Source: Chiloscyllium plagiosum (lineage: Eukaryota). Taken from it: a stretch of DNA of 41,123 nucleotides. The stretch's first letter is position 1. The number at the start of each line of letters is the position of its first letter. The stretch covers positions 17,425,150 to 17,466,272 of the forward strand of contig NC_057719.1 of assembly GCF_004010195.1 (NCBI RefSeq), given 5' to 3'. The position numbers were made by a program, and so were the translations under genes. Of the stretch, positions 12,690 through 24,420 are shown piece by piece. Below the pieces are notes generated by a model. It saw only the letters and a program-made list of their open reading frames with translations. It was not told the origin of the DNA and made no database searches.

Positions 12690-12812
12690 CCTTCAACAGC
12701 ACCTTCCAAACATATAAACTCTGCCACTGAGAGGGACACGAGTGGCAGATTCACGTGAACACTGCCAACTGCAAGATCCCCTCTGAACTTCACATCATCC
12801 TGGTTTTGGAAT
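12690..12812 (+). mobile_element. LINE family B fragment
   Basis: CAGCACCTTCCAAAC..GAACACTGCCAACTGCAAG..CATCCTG, matching ~7005-7110 and ~30640-30735. Confidence 0.65.
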
Positions 12813-12999
12813 CAGCATTCACACTAATTTATTTTTCTTCTGGGCAGACCTCCAAGCTCTGTGGGTGGCAGTGACATCTGGAAGTCTAAGTTGTGAAAGG
12901 CATCAGCATGGTGATTGCTGGGTGCGGACCTTCGGAGTGGCTGCACACACGTACGACCACACAGCTGAAAGGAATGGTGCTCAGAATGCTTTTTAATTA

Positions 13000-13353
13000 T
13001 TTTCTCTGCGGTGGCAGAGGCTGAGGGGTGACCTTATAGAGATTTATAAAATCATGAGTGGTGTGGATAGGATTAATAGTCAGGTCTTTCCCCCAGAGGA
13101 GAGGAGTCCAAAACAGAGGGCATAGGTTTAAGGTGAGAGTGGAAAGATTTAAAAGGGACCTAAGGGGTAACTTGAGTGATGCATATGTGGAATGAGCTGC
13201 CAGAAGAAGTGGTGGAGGCTGGTACAATTACAATATTTAAAAAGCAATCCCCAAATGATGGCAAATGGGACCAAATAAGTTTAGGATATCTGGTTGGCAT
13301 GGACAAGTAGGACCGAAAAGTCTGTTTCCATGCTGTACATCTCTATGACTCTA
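13000..13353 (+). mobile_element. CR1 3' fragment
   Basis: GAGGCTGAGGGGTGACCTTATAGAG..TCTATGACTCTA tail. Confidence 0.9.
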
Positions 13354-13879
13354 CAGCCCATGAACGAGTAAATAAAATTTAAAATCCACGAGCTTTACAC
13401 CCCATCTCCATCTCTAACCTCTTGTGCCTCAATAATTTTAATTTCAGTGGTGGTACCTTCAAAAGCTTAGACTCAACCAGTGTGTGGTTATCAATTCGAA
13501 TAACTCCATACGTGTCATATTTTGTTTAATAATACACCAGTAGCACTATGAACCTCTTACTACATTAAAGGTACATTGGTTTTGTCATTAGAACTCATGT
13601 TTCTATCATTAATTTTAATCTTATTTTACATGGTACTTTTGTTATCCCATTGAGAACTTTGCTGTATTTAAATTCCTACTTTTTTGCTCTTTCCATAACT
13701 CTGGGTATTTTTGCATAGGGTATGAGTGTAAAACTAAATTCTGATTCAGCTGACTGCTCCACATTTGTCCAATTCTCACTTACATTAGAGGGATATGGAA
13801 ATGAAAGCTAAAAGGGCCTCTACCTATTGTAAACAATCTCCTGCCACCCCCTCACTCGGTGTAACAGGCAGTCAGACTG

Positions 13880-14475
13880 CATACAAATAAGGCAAGTTAT
13901 AGGGGCACATGAGTTGGGAAGTCACGCTGGGGTTGTAAGATATTGGTGAGGCCTCTTCTGGAGTACTGGTTGCCCTGTTACAGGAAGGATATTATCAACC
14001 TGGAGAGGGTCAGAAAAGATTTACTAGGATGTTGCCAGGTATGGAAGATTTGAGTTATAGGGAGAGGCTGAGCAGGCTGGGACTTTTTTCACTGGAGTAG
14101 AGGAGTTGAGGGGGTGACCTTACAGAGGTTTTTTAAATCATGAGGGGTACAGATAAAGTAAATGGCAGGTGCCTTTTCCATAAGGCTGGGGATTTCAAGG
14201 TTCATGGGCATATTTTTAAGGTGAGAGGAGAAAGATTTAAAAAGGACAAGAGGAGCAACATTTTTACTCAGGGAGTGATTTGTGTATGGAATGAACTGCC
14301 AGAGGAAGTGGGATGCAAGTACAGCTACAACACTTAAAAGATACTTGGATAAGTACATGAATAGGAAAGGTTTGGAGGGATATGGGCCAAGCGCAGTCAT
14401 GTGGGACTAATTCAGTTTGGGATTATGGTCAGTATGGAGTGGTTGGACTGCAGGGTCTGTTTCCCTGCTCTATCT
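13880..14475 (+). mobile_element. CR1 3' fragment
   Basis: TGGTGAGGCCTCTTCTGGAG..AGGATGTTGCCAGG..GTGACCTTACAGAGG..GGGTCTGTTTCC. Confidence 0.9.
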
Positions 14476-14811
14476 GAAATATGCAAAAAGATCCAGAGCG
14501 AAGAAACAGGTAAGAGGTAGAAAGAGTTGTAACAGAGAGCAATCTGTGAAATTTAAATGTTCTCAGGCATCCGCATGAGAGGAACAGCTTGGGAAATAAA
14601 TTCATATTGAACTGAAGGAAGCCATTTGGCCCATCGAAACTAGTTTCAGAAGAGTGTTGGCCAACATCTCTTCGGCTGTTCTTCAAACCTTCCTGGGATC
14701 TGTTATGTTCACTTGAAATTATCAGGGCACAGATGTGTATCTCAGCTCAGCGTCTCCAATAATTCAGTGTCCAAGATTATATTTGCATTCCAAAGTAAAA
14801 TTTAAAACCCA

Positions 14812-15197
14812 GCCATGAGGGGCATGAATTGGATGAACAGTCAAGTTCTTTTTCCCAGGGTAGGGGAGTCAAAGCTAGAGGGGAAAGATTTAAAAGGGAC
14901 TTAAGGGGCAACATTTTTGTGCAGAGGGTGTTGCGTGTAAGGAATGAATTTCCAAAGGAAGAGGTGGAGGTCGGTACAATTGTGACATTAAAAGGCACCT
15001 GGATGGGTACATGAATAAGAAGGGTTTAATAGGATATGGGCCAAATGTTGGAAATGGAACTAGATTAATTTAGGAAAGACCTGACTATTAATCCTATCCA
15101 CACCACTCATGATTTTATAAATCTCTATAAGGTCAGCATGGATGAGTTGGACCGAATGGTCTCTTTCATTGCTGTACAATTCTGTAACTCTATAACT
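14812..15197 (+). mobile_element. CR1 3' fragment carrying a 63-bp inverted insert (15073-15135)
   Basis: Collinear with ~990-1349 apart from the insert. Confidence 0.9.
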
Positions 15198-15296
15198 TTC
15201 TGATATAAAAGTGAGAGTCATAAATTGAAACTTCAGTTAATGGTTTACAAATACTCCCTGCAATGAAACATCTAGAATATATCATTGTTGCAGTCA

Positions 15297-15720
15297 ATAA
15301 CAACAACTACTCAAAATTATATCATGCCTTTAATGAAATTAAAAGTCTCAATATTATAAAGCACAATTTTTCATTGTGCCACATAAAGAAATGTTAAGAC
15401 ACATGATGGAAAGCTTGGTCACTGAAGTGAATTTTAAGGGATGTCTTAGAGGAGGAAAGTGTGGTAGCGGGCTGAACCACCAATAGTGGAGCAATTAAAA
15501 TTGGGGATATTCAAAAGGCCAGAATTAAAGAAATATAATATCTTAGAGGGAGAAGTAACTGAAGGAGGTTACAGAGACTAGGGAGAGGGGCAGTAGTTTG
15601 TTGGATGACTCAAGATTATTGTGGACTACAAAGGAATTTGAATTCAAGGATAAGAATCTTGAAAGCCAGTGTAGATAATATAGAAGTGATGGGTAATCAG
15701 GACAAAGTACAAATTTAAGC
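15297..15720 (-). mobile_element. Decayed L2-like LINE 3' end
   Basis: (CAA)n start, GCCTTTAATG, GAAAGCTTGGTCA, GAGGTTACAGAGA. Confidence 0.55.
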
Positions 15721-16188
15721 GTGGTGTGATTATCTTTGATCTGGACACTGTGTTAGGAAAAATTGTAATTTGTTTGAAATGCCTGTTTTAAGAATGGTTG
15801 AAGAATTTGTATCAATTGTGAAAGCCTCAATTTGCACTCCTCTTCAATAGTCAAAAATAATTATCATTGGGACCTGGCAACCCTTAACCTGGAAGCAATA
15901 GTACGCAGAAAAAAATTCACACACACAAATCATTTGGCCAGACATAAAGGATCAGTGTAGACAAATACTGTAAGAGTGGCACCAAAGGTGATAACAGATA
16001 ATGCACATCTTATAAGTAGCTGTCTGTATATAATACACATACAGCCACACGACACATGTATAATGGGACAGAATGCCAAAAATATTGTTAGGGTTGCTGG
16101 TTGTGAATTGGGCAATTTTATTGCTTCATGTTTGCCGGAGCCAAAAAGACTGCTAAATGGAGTTTATTAAAGGGTTGAAATCAACTAA

Positions 16189-16557
16189 GAGAAAGTGAGG
16201 ACTGCAGATGCTGGAGATCAAAGTCGAGAGTGTGGTGCTAAAAAAGCACAGCAGGTCAGGCAGCATCTGAGGAGCAGGAGAATCAACACTTCGGGCATAA
16301 GCCCTTCATCAGGAATAAGGCTTGTGGGCCAGGGAGCTGAGAGATAAATGGTGGGATGGGGGGAGGAGGAGGGATGAGATGTTGAGGGGAAGGTAGCAGA
16401 GAATGCGACAGGAAGACAAAGGTCAGAGATGAGGATGGGAAAGGTGATGGACAGGTCAGGAGGATGGTGCTGAGTTGGAAGCTTGGGACTGGGATAATGT
16501 GGGGAGAGGGGAAATTGGTGAAATCCACATAGATCCGGCGTGGTTGCAGGGTCCCAT
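16189..16557 (-). mobile_element. Penelope-like element 3' end: GIY-YIG C-terminal remnant plus terminal repeat with mutated hammerhead core
   Basis: Minus strand at 16511-16555 reads GTLQPRRIYVDFTNF, resembling the (L)GTLxPxGxN C-terminus of Penelope GIY-YIG endonucleases. It is followed by a pyrimidine-rich UTR and CTGATGA-A-GGGC-TTAT-GCCC-GAAG. Confidence 0.8.
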
Positions 16558-17118
16558 GAAAGAGTGTCTGTGTCTAGTCTATTTTGAACTGATCTAGGGA
16601 GGCTTTGCTAGGCCATACTGTTTAAGTGATAATTGTTTCTGATCTCAGATTTAATAATTTCCGATCAACATGACTCAAGGTCCCAATTAAGTGAGTGGGA
16701 AAACATGTAAAGTAATATACCAGACACCAGTAATTTAGAACTGTAAGTGGGGCCACATGCTCAGAATTGAAGAAATATAATATCTTAGAAGACGAAATAG
16801 CTGAGGGAATGATATGAGTGTTGATGGTTATATAAGACCTATCTTTGTTGCATCGAATATTTACAATTAATTTTGCATTTTCAGTTCAAAGCGTCATTTG
16901 CGTGTTAATCCATGCTTAATTCACATTGGTTCTGAACCATATTAAAGTAATAGCTGGAGAGACTAAAATCTTGGTAGCAATTTCTTTCCTTGAAAGTCGC
17001 TTGAGTCAATTTAGTTATTTTGGTTTATTGCTCACCTATGGGAGTGGTGATTAGTTATAGTAGACAGTAACATTTTGGATGACCTCAAGTTCAGGGAGAA
17101 CATAGATCATTGATCATA

Positions 17119-17318
17119 GAATCATAGAAGCCCTAGAATACAGGTAGAGGCCATTTGACCCATCGAGTCTGCACTGACCCTCCAAACAGCATCCCACCCT
17201 ATCCCTGTTATGCTGCATTTTACCATAGTTAATCTACATTGCCTGCACATCCCTGGACACTCTGGGGCAATTTTAAAATGGCCAATCCACTCATCCTGCA
17301 CATCTGTGGACTGCTGGT
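17119..17318 (-). mobile_element. HE1-type SINE 3' half
   Basis: GAATCATAGAA..GAGGCCATTTGACCCATCGAGTC..ATGGCCAATCCAC..CCTGCACATC. Confidence 0.8.
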
Positions 17319-17439
17319 CCAAAGCATGCTGGAATAGTCAATCTTAAAAAGAGTTTCAGCAACAAGTAAACTAAGGCAATGACTGAGTCAGGAAAGAGTA
17401 CAGAGATGGACATTGGTAGAATTAATCGATCAGTGGTTG

Positions 17440-18112
17440 AATTAAATTTAATTGAATTTAATTTATTGTAACGTGTACCGAGGCACAGTGAAAAGCTTTG
17501 TTTTGCGAGCAATACAGGCAGATCACAAAGTTAAGTAGCATAGATAAGCAATAATAAGTAAACAGCGGCAAAAACAAAAACGCACGTACAGGTCAATGCT
17601 AAGGGTTTGAGAGTCCATTCAGTATTCTAACAACAGTAGGGTATAAACTATTTTGAAACTGGCTGGTGCTTGTGTTCAGGCTTCTGTACCTTCTCCCCGA
17701 TGGTAGAGGTTGTAGAAAAACATTGCCAGGGTGGGATGGATCTTTGAGAATGCTGGCGGCCTTTCCTTGACAGTGGGCTTGGTAGATGGATTCTACAGAT
17801 GGGAGGTTGAACTTTGTGCTTATCCAGGCTGAGTTCACCACTCTCTGTAACCACCTCCGATCTTGAATGGTACATTTGCCATACCAGGTAGTGATACATC
17901 CAGTCAGAATGCTCATGATGGCACACCTATAAAAGTTGGTAAGGATATTCATCGTCATGTCAAATTTCCTCAGCTGCCTGAGGAAGAAGAGACATTGTTG
18001 GGCCTTTGTAACCAGTGCATCCACATGAAGAGTCCAAGAAAGCTTGTTGTGGGTGACCACTCCCAGGAGCTTGACGCTCTCCACTCGTTCCACCTCTGTG
18101 TTGTTAATGTGT
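17440..18112 (-). mobile_element. Rex1/Babar-type LINE, 5'-truncated (ORF C-terminus plus 3' UTR)
   Basis: Uninterrupted ORF 17599-18129 reads INNTEVERVESVKLLGV..LSWTLH..KAQQCLFFLRQLRKF..FYRCAIMSILTGCITTWYG..PLPSGRRYRS. Tail TTTCACTGTGCCTCGGTACACGTTACAATAAA plus (AATTA/C)n. Confidence 0.9.
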
Positions 18113-18152
18113 AATTGGAAGATTAGCATGGATCAAATATAACACCAGGATT

Positions 18153-18412
18153 TCCCCTTCACTGTTTTGATTACACAGCATTGCCCTTTGATGTGAAGGG
18201 CAGTGCTTGTCACTGGCCACTCGGGTGTTTTCCTATCTTCCTGGTGGTGGAAATTGAATAAAGATTCGTGCACCTTGTGTTTCTCACTGTGTCTCACACC
18301 TGCACACACACACCATGGGTGCTGGGGAAAAAATAAGCACTACCGCAGTTAGGTGGTAGTCTGTGGGTTTTAAAAAAAAAACAGGAGGTCACTCTGAGAG
18401 CTGAAAAAAACC
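18153..18412 (+). mobile_element. Unclassified retroposed 3' end with terminal hairpin and A tails
   Basis: AATAAA at ~18258, hairpin ACTACCGC..GTGGTAGT, A10 and A7 runs, flanked by CACCAGGATT direct repeats (18143-18152 and 18413-18422). Confidence 0.45.
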
Positions 18413-18898
18413 CACCAGGATTAGCAACAATTCAATTCAGCCCCAGACTGTTTTTCATCAGAGTTACATTATTAAATATTTGATATCTGATAGGTTTTCA
18501 CAAGTATATTCCAGCCTAAATTTTAGTAGCCTTTATAAAAATGGATACTGTCACCCAGAACTAATTATCAGCCCTGGTGCTGATTGTCACCTGACTATTT
18601 ACTGTCACTTAAACAAATCAAGCGTTTGTCCACAGTCTGGGACATTGCACTTGCTCAGAGTAACACAGCCAGCTGTAATCCTCCTCCCATTGCACTGGGC
18701 TGCGATCTGTTAATGCAGCCCAAACTGAGAAAAAAAGTGAGATCTGTTTTGGTCAGCAATAGGAAGAATTCCCATATTAACTGAATCCAGCAAGTTAAAA
18801 TTGTGCTGTCACAGCAAGTGTGAGAACTGTGTGTCAGGAACTTTAAGGCTTATGGGTGCTAAAGAGCAGGCATTGAAGAAGCTGATAACAAGTCGACA

Positions 18899-19158
18899 TG
18901 GTAAGATAAGGTAAGCTAGGTAGAGTAGGTAGGATAGGTACAGTAGGTAAAGTAGACAGGTAGAGAAGGTAGGTAGAGTACGTAGGGTAGATAGTTAGGT
19001 TAGAGTCGGTAGCATCGGTAGGTTAGATGAGATAGGTAGTCAGGGGAAGGTAGAGTAGTTAGGTAGGTAAGTGGGTGGGTATGTAGGGTATGTAAGTAGA
19101 ATAGGGAGGATTGGGAAGGTAAGTAGGTTAGGGTCAGTCAAGTACGAAGGTCGGTAGG
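18899..19158. repeat. Degenerate (AGGT)n simple repeat
   Basis: Repeated GGTA/AGGTAG units with many substitutions. Confidence 0.85.
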
Positions 19159-19192
19159 CAACTAATATATACAGGCTAACAGACTGACAAAC

Positions 19193-19451
19193 AAACCAAT
19201 GCAGTGAGATAGCCAGACAGAAAAAAAAACACCAACACTTACTAACTGTATCGACTAACTGGCCTGAATCTTTGAAAGAGAATTAAATGTGGACCAGAGG
19301 GCCCAAGGGCCTGTACTGCGCTGTATTCTTCTATGTTCTATGTTCTAAACCAATGCAGTGAGATAGCTAGACAGAAAAAAAAAACACCAACACTTACTAA
19401 CTGTATCGACTAACTGGCCTGAATCTTTGAAAGAGAATTAAATGTGGACCA
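19193..19451 (+). repeat. 104/105-bp direct duplication flanking a 50-bp CR1-type 3' terminus
   Basis: 19193-19296 and 19347-19451 differ by one substitution and one A. The insert 19297-19346 ends in (TTCTATG)n. Confidence 0.9.
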
Positions 19452-20606
19452 TGCTGGAGTGCAGTGCAGAATTTAGCCCTGGCTGCTTATTCATGTTTGA
19501 TTTGGAATTAGTGAGATGTAATAGTATGGAGCTTTCACACCATCAATTTTACTTTAATTACCAAGATCTCTGTAAGGAAATGTCACAATGCAAAGACATT
19601 TGTGCAGAAAAGATTACCACCAGGTCCTGCCAAGTCCTTGCATAGCTGTGCTGGCAGATAGGATTCATATTCAAATCTGCTACAGCTGTCGCTTGTGCCC
19701 AGCAGAGCCCCGTTGGATCACAAGTGACCCATTTCCACAGACCCCCTCCCCCTCTTATGTGTTGCATCCTCTCTATCCCCTAGAGGTTACTAATCCTACC
19801 TTCTCTGCTCATGCTGACAGCAGGGAAGGAGTTAGCGAGATTAGGCTTCCTTAATAATGCAGGAATATTATCAATTATATACAAAATATGGTTTGGCTTG
19901 CCTTTTGAAGATTGGAATCTTTCTGCAAATGCATGCAAGGATTGGCTGGACGTAACCTCAGCAAGTATCTCAGTGAAGGTGCTGAACTTTTTAATGGTCT
20001 GATTATCAGGTTGTAATTAAGTGTTGGGTTCCTCTAAGTACACAATTATTCAGGGCTCGAAATCTATTTTGTGATCTGCCATACCGAACAATTTAGATGT
20101 TGGAGACACGTTCCACTCCTAGGATCATGAACTATCAGCACAAAGGTGGCAGCAATGTGGCAAAGCAAAATTGCAGCTTGAATTTTAGTTTGCAAACCCG
20201 TTGAACTCCAGTCTTGGCACTGAGCTGTTCTCTCCCCTTCCCAAAGCACATTATGAAAGTGCGATGTGCCTTGACATTACACAGGACCTGAACTCAGCGT
20301 GACTGGCAATACAGTGGAATCCACCCTGTTTACGCTGCAGGATTCCTGAGCCCTGGCTGCAACAGATAAACAAGCCTCCATACATCCTCTCATTCACATG
20401 CTAATCTCTTTCCCTTTAGAAGATTCTCTGTGGCTGCGGCTAGCGGCCCATATTCTGCTATCTGCAAATGAGTCAACGACAGGTCAATCCAGACTTCCTC
20501 TGCTCAACAATGATGGGCCGAGGATTGGTTATCATCCACAGGTTGCCGTTCCCCTCCTTCTTTTTGTCTGTAACGAAAGAACTCTGCATTTCAGACAGGA
20601 GGTTAT

Positions 20607-20908
20607 GATTAGATTAGATTAGATTCCCTACAGCGTGGAAACAGGCCCTTCAGCCCAACAAGTCCACACCGACCCTCCGAAGAGTAACCACCCAGACCCA
20701 TTTCCCTCTGACTAATGCAGTTAACACTATGGGCAATTTAGCAAGGCCAATTCACCTAACCTGCCCATATTTGGACTGTGGGAGGAAACCCACGCAGACA
20801 TGGGGAGAATGTGCAAACTCCACACAGACAGTCACCCGAGTCTGGAATCAAACCTGGGACCCTGGTGCTGTGAGACAGCAGTGCTAACCACTGAGCCACC
20901 GTGTCGCC
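20607..20908 (-). mobile_element. HE1-type SINE with probable 11-bp TSD
   Basis: (GATTA)n tail and A/B boxes on the minus strand. Flanks are GAGGTTATGAT (20599-20609) and GAGGTTACGAT (20910-20920). Confidence 0.95.
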
Positions 20909-21421
20909 AGAGGTTACGATCAGGACTACTGCTGAAATTCAGAGACCTACTTCTCTTCTGATAGGGCCCACATAGTGGGAGAGGGCAAACTGCACCCCTC
21001 CTCCCCGCTCCCTGCACCCACCCGCCCTTACTCACATGGGTCAGTTGCTGCATTCTGAAATATCAACGACCAGTATCACAGGAAGCCACGTTGACATCGC
21101 CTGGAAAAGGGGAAGTACATAAGGTAAGTGTGAGGTTAGGATGCAGGAAAGATGGGTGCTAATTATGGTGCAACGTGGGTAAGGTGCCAGGTAAGGAGGA
21201 TGTCAGGTGGATATTGACAACTGGGCCAATTAAGCAGTGAGCGTTTAGAGTGGGTCAGGGCAGGCAGGGGCTGTCAGGTCTGGTAAGAACAGGGTAGGGT
21301 TGCCAGTTTTTGGAATTAGGGGGAGGGGATTGTTGCTGACTATTGGTTGAAAGAAGGCATGTCAGGTCAAGTGGCAGGAAAGAGTGATGGGAGACCAGGA
21401 CCTGGCGTGGTGGGGAAGAAT

Positions 21422-21912
21422 TGTCAGCCATGGTAGTTCAGAAGGAGGAATCAGCCATGGTGGTTCAGGAGGAGGTGTCAGCCATGGTGGTTCAGGAGGA
21501 GGTGTCAGCCATGATGGTTCAGGAGGAGGTGTCAGCCATGATGGCTCAGGAGGAGGTGTCAGCCATGGTGGTTCAGGAGGAGGTGTCAGCCATAGTGGTT
21601 CAGGAGGAGGTGTCAGCAATGATGGTTCAGGAGGAGGTGTCAGCCATGATGGCTCGGGAGGAGGTGTCAGCCATGATGGCTCAGGAGGAGGTGTCAGCCA
21701 TGATGGTTCAGGAAGAGGTGTCAGCCATGGTGGTTCAGGAGGAGGTGTCAGCCATGGTGGTTCAGGAGGAGGTGTCAGCCATGATGGCTCAGGAGGAGGT
21801 ATCAGCCATGGTGGTTCAGGAGGAGGTGTCAGCCATGGTGGTTCAGGAAGAGGTGTCAGCCGTGGTGGTTCAGGAAGAGGTGTCAGCCGTGGTGGTTCAG
21901 GAGGCGGTGTCA
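21422..21912. repeat. 27-bp minisatellite, about 18 copies
   Basis: Unit GGTGTCAGCCATG(G/A)TGG(T/C)TCAGGAGGA. Confidence 0.97.
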
Positions 21913-22531
21913 TGTCCTGGGGGTCACTGGGGTGGAGCAGTAGTAGTGGAGTGTCAGGACCAGGAGTAGAGTTTGTACTGGTGGTTGTTTCGGGGGTCAA
22001 TAGACTGCTGTCGAGTTAGGGTCTGCGAGGTTGAAAGGCATCAGGGAAGGTGCAGTTGGGCGTGGAAAGTTAGCAAGTCAGTTGACTAGTTACTCAGGAG
22101 TTAGACCAAATTTTTAATAGTCAAATCTTTCCCGAGTAGCTATTTGTTTAACTTCAGTGGAATCTCTCAAATTCTCTGATTTAAACTAATATTTTCCAAT
22201 GGTTTTAGGTATAGGGCAATTTCCCAACAGAAACTTCCATTTCCTAGGTAATTCTTTGGGAGTCTCTTCCATCAGGAATTCTACAGAGTCCCCATGAGCA
22301 ATTTCTATTGACACTTTACAAATAGTTATCTGGCCATTGGAAAATCCGGGCCAAATTTTTTTCTGCAGTCCATGTCAGGCCATGTTTTCCTGGCAGGAAA
22401 GACTTTCAATTATTTCTATTGAGCTCTGGTTAATGTCTTAAAAATGGAAATCATTCAGAAGTAGATATGTTTGAGGTTTCTGAAGAAGGCTGGTATTTGG
22501 TTGCCTTTCAGCTCATTTTTATCATGCATGT

Positions 22532-23115
22532 GGGCAGCACACTGACATAGCGCTCTGCCTCACAGCACCAGGGACCCAGGTTTGATTCCAACCTAGAGTG
22601 ACTGTCTGTGTGAGTTTCTGCCAGATGCTCCAGTTTCCTCCTACAGTCCAAAGATGTGCAGGTTAGGTGGTTTGTCATGCTAAATTGTTGCTGGTGTCCA
22701 GAGGTGTGCAGACGAGGTGAGTTAGCAATGGGAAATGTGGGATTATGTGGATAGGGTAAGAGGCTGGATCTGGGTGGAATACTTTCCAGAGAGTTGGTGC
22801 AAATGGGCCGAATGGTCTCTTTCTGCACTGTTAGAACAGAGTTGAGGGGAAACTTCTACACCCAGAGAGTGGTGGATATATGGAATGCTCTGCCCAGAAG
22901 GCAGTGGAGACAAAGTGTCTGGACACTTTCAAGAAAGAGATGAATAGAGCTCTTAAAGATAGCGGAATCAAGGGTTATGGGGACAAGGCAGGAACAGGAT
23001 ACTGATTGTGGATGACCAGCCATGATCATAATGTATGGTGGTACTGGCTTGAAGAGCCGAATGGCCTACTCCTGCACCTATTGTCTATTGGCTATTGTCA
23101 GCATTCTGTGATTCA
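22532..23115 (+). mobile_element. HE1-type SINE with a CR1 3' fragment (~22832-23098) nested in its tail
   Basis: The SINE runs to TTTCTGCACTGT. A CR1 piece then ends in (CTATTGT)n, and the SINE tail resumes with ATTCTGTGATTC. Confidence 0.85.
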
Positions 23116-23412
23116 TTCGTGGGATGTTGGTGTCATTGACTGGGCTGGCATGTACTCCGTTGCCTTTGATAAATGGCAGTGAACTGCCATCTTGAACCAT
23201 TACAGTCCATGTGCTTGGCATAATGTTGAAGGCTTCACTTGAATTGTCTTTGTATAGTTGACCTTTTTCACAGTATCACTAAAAGGAAGAGTTTTTAAAA
23301 TTCTTTTGTGGGGTGAGAGTGCCACTGGCTCAGTCAGCATTTGTTGCCCATCTCTTAACATGCTTGAGAAGGGGATGATGAACCACACTCTTGAACCACT
23401 ACAGTCCATGTG
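23112..23412 (-). mobile_element. Two tandem LINE family B 3' tails
   Basis: Both end in CTTGAACCA(T/C)TACAGTCCATGTG and match the reverse complement of the 7200-7300 tail. Confidence 0.7.
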
Positions 23413-24229
23413 GTGTAAAGAGGCCATTTGGCCTACTGTGCCTATCCTAGGTCTTGAACATGTTATCCAATTCGGCCTATTCTCTTGTTCTTTCTCCACA
23501 TACATTTCTTCAGCAAATATTTCCCTTTTGATCTGCTTATCCAACTCCCTTTTGTAAATTAATAATGAATCTGCTTCCACCCCCTTTTCCAGCACTGCAC
23601 GCAAATCAAAGCAACTGTCAGCATTAAAATAAAATTCCTTCCCAACGCGCTCCTTTTTTTTGTCAATTATTTTAAGTTTGTACTTTTCAGTTACCAATCT
23701 AACTGCCAGTGGAAATGGTTTCTGTGCCGTACTCCATGAAAAGCCCTTTATAATTAAAATCAGTTTGCATTAATCTTTACAGCTGTATTAAGTAACTGGG
23801 GTAGCCCAATTTGTTACTATCCCTTTGTTCTCCTTAATGAGGGTGTAGAGTATACTTGGATAAAACACTGCTCTTCAGAATAAGAACATCCAGAACTGGA
23901 CCCACACTGTTCCCTCAGAATATGTTAAAATCTCAACATGGCCACCTATAGGGGTCATCCATCAGAGGAAGACAACGCCAAACAAAGAAACTTTCATTTT
24001 TCAATATCACCTCTCCTGCTTTCTTTTTTAATCAACCCACTCATTCACTGGAGCATGTGGGACTTGAATCTGGGTCTTCTAGCTTCACAAGAGCCCCGAC
24101 CTCTCATCTTTAATGTCTCAGACCTTGCATTAAAAAGAACAACTCTTGCAAGGACAACAAATGCGTGGGGTTGTCAAGAGGCAGTAAGAAATGACTTTTT
24201 TTTGTCTTGGGACTAAATTGTACTTTTCT

Positions 24230-24420
24230 GAAACAAAAACAAATTGCTGGAAAAGCTTGGCAGGACTGGCAGCATCTGTGGAAAGAAATCACAATTAACG
24301 TTTCGAGTCGAGTGACCCTTCCTCAGAACTTCCTCGGGTCACCAGACCTGCTGAGCTTTTCCAGCAATTTCTGTTTTTGTCTATGATTCGCAGCATCTGC
24401 AGTTCTTTCGATTTTTATTT
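24230..24420. mobile_element. Penelope-like terminal-repeat fragments, inverted pair, second subfamily
   Basis: AAATTGCTGGAAAAGCT..GCAGG and CCTGCTGAGCTTTTCCAGCAATTT form inverted arms around a hammerhead-like core. Confidence 0.75.
24293..24330 (-). ncRNA. Minimal type I hammerhead ribozyme-like motif
   Basis: Minus strand AGTT-CTGAGGA-A-GGGTC-ACTC-GACTC-GAAACGTT-AATT gives a CUGANGA core, helix II, GAAA, a palindromic ACGU helix III, a UH site and a 4-bp helix I including one G-U pair. Confidence 0.6.

Noticed and set aside
21384..22019. Loricrin/keratin-like Gly-Ser protein gene
   Set aside because: Explained by a stop-free 27-bp unit, with no ATG context, splice structure or non-repetitive domain. 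Kept only as a low-interest finding.
23200..23697. 165-aa ORF
   Set aside because: Spans two unrelated decayed LINE tails, so it is a chance fusion.
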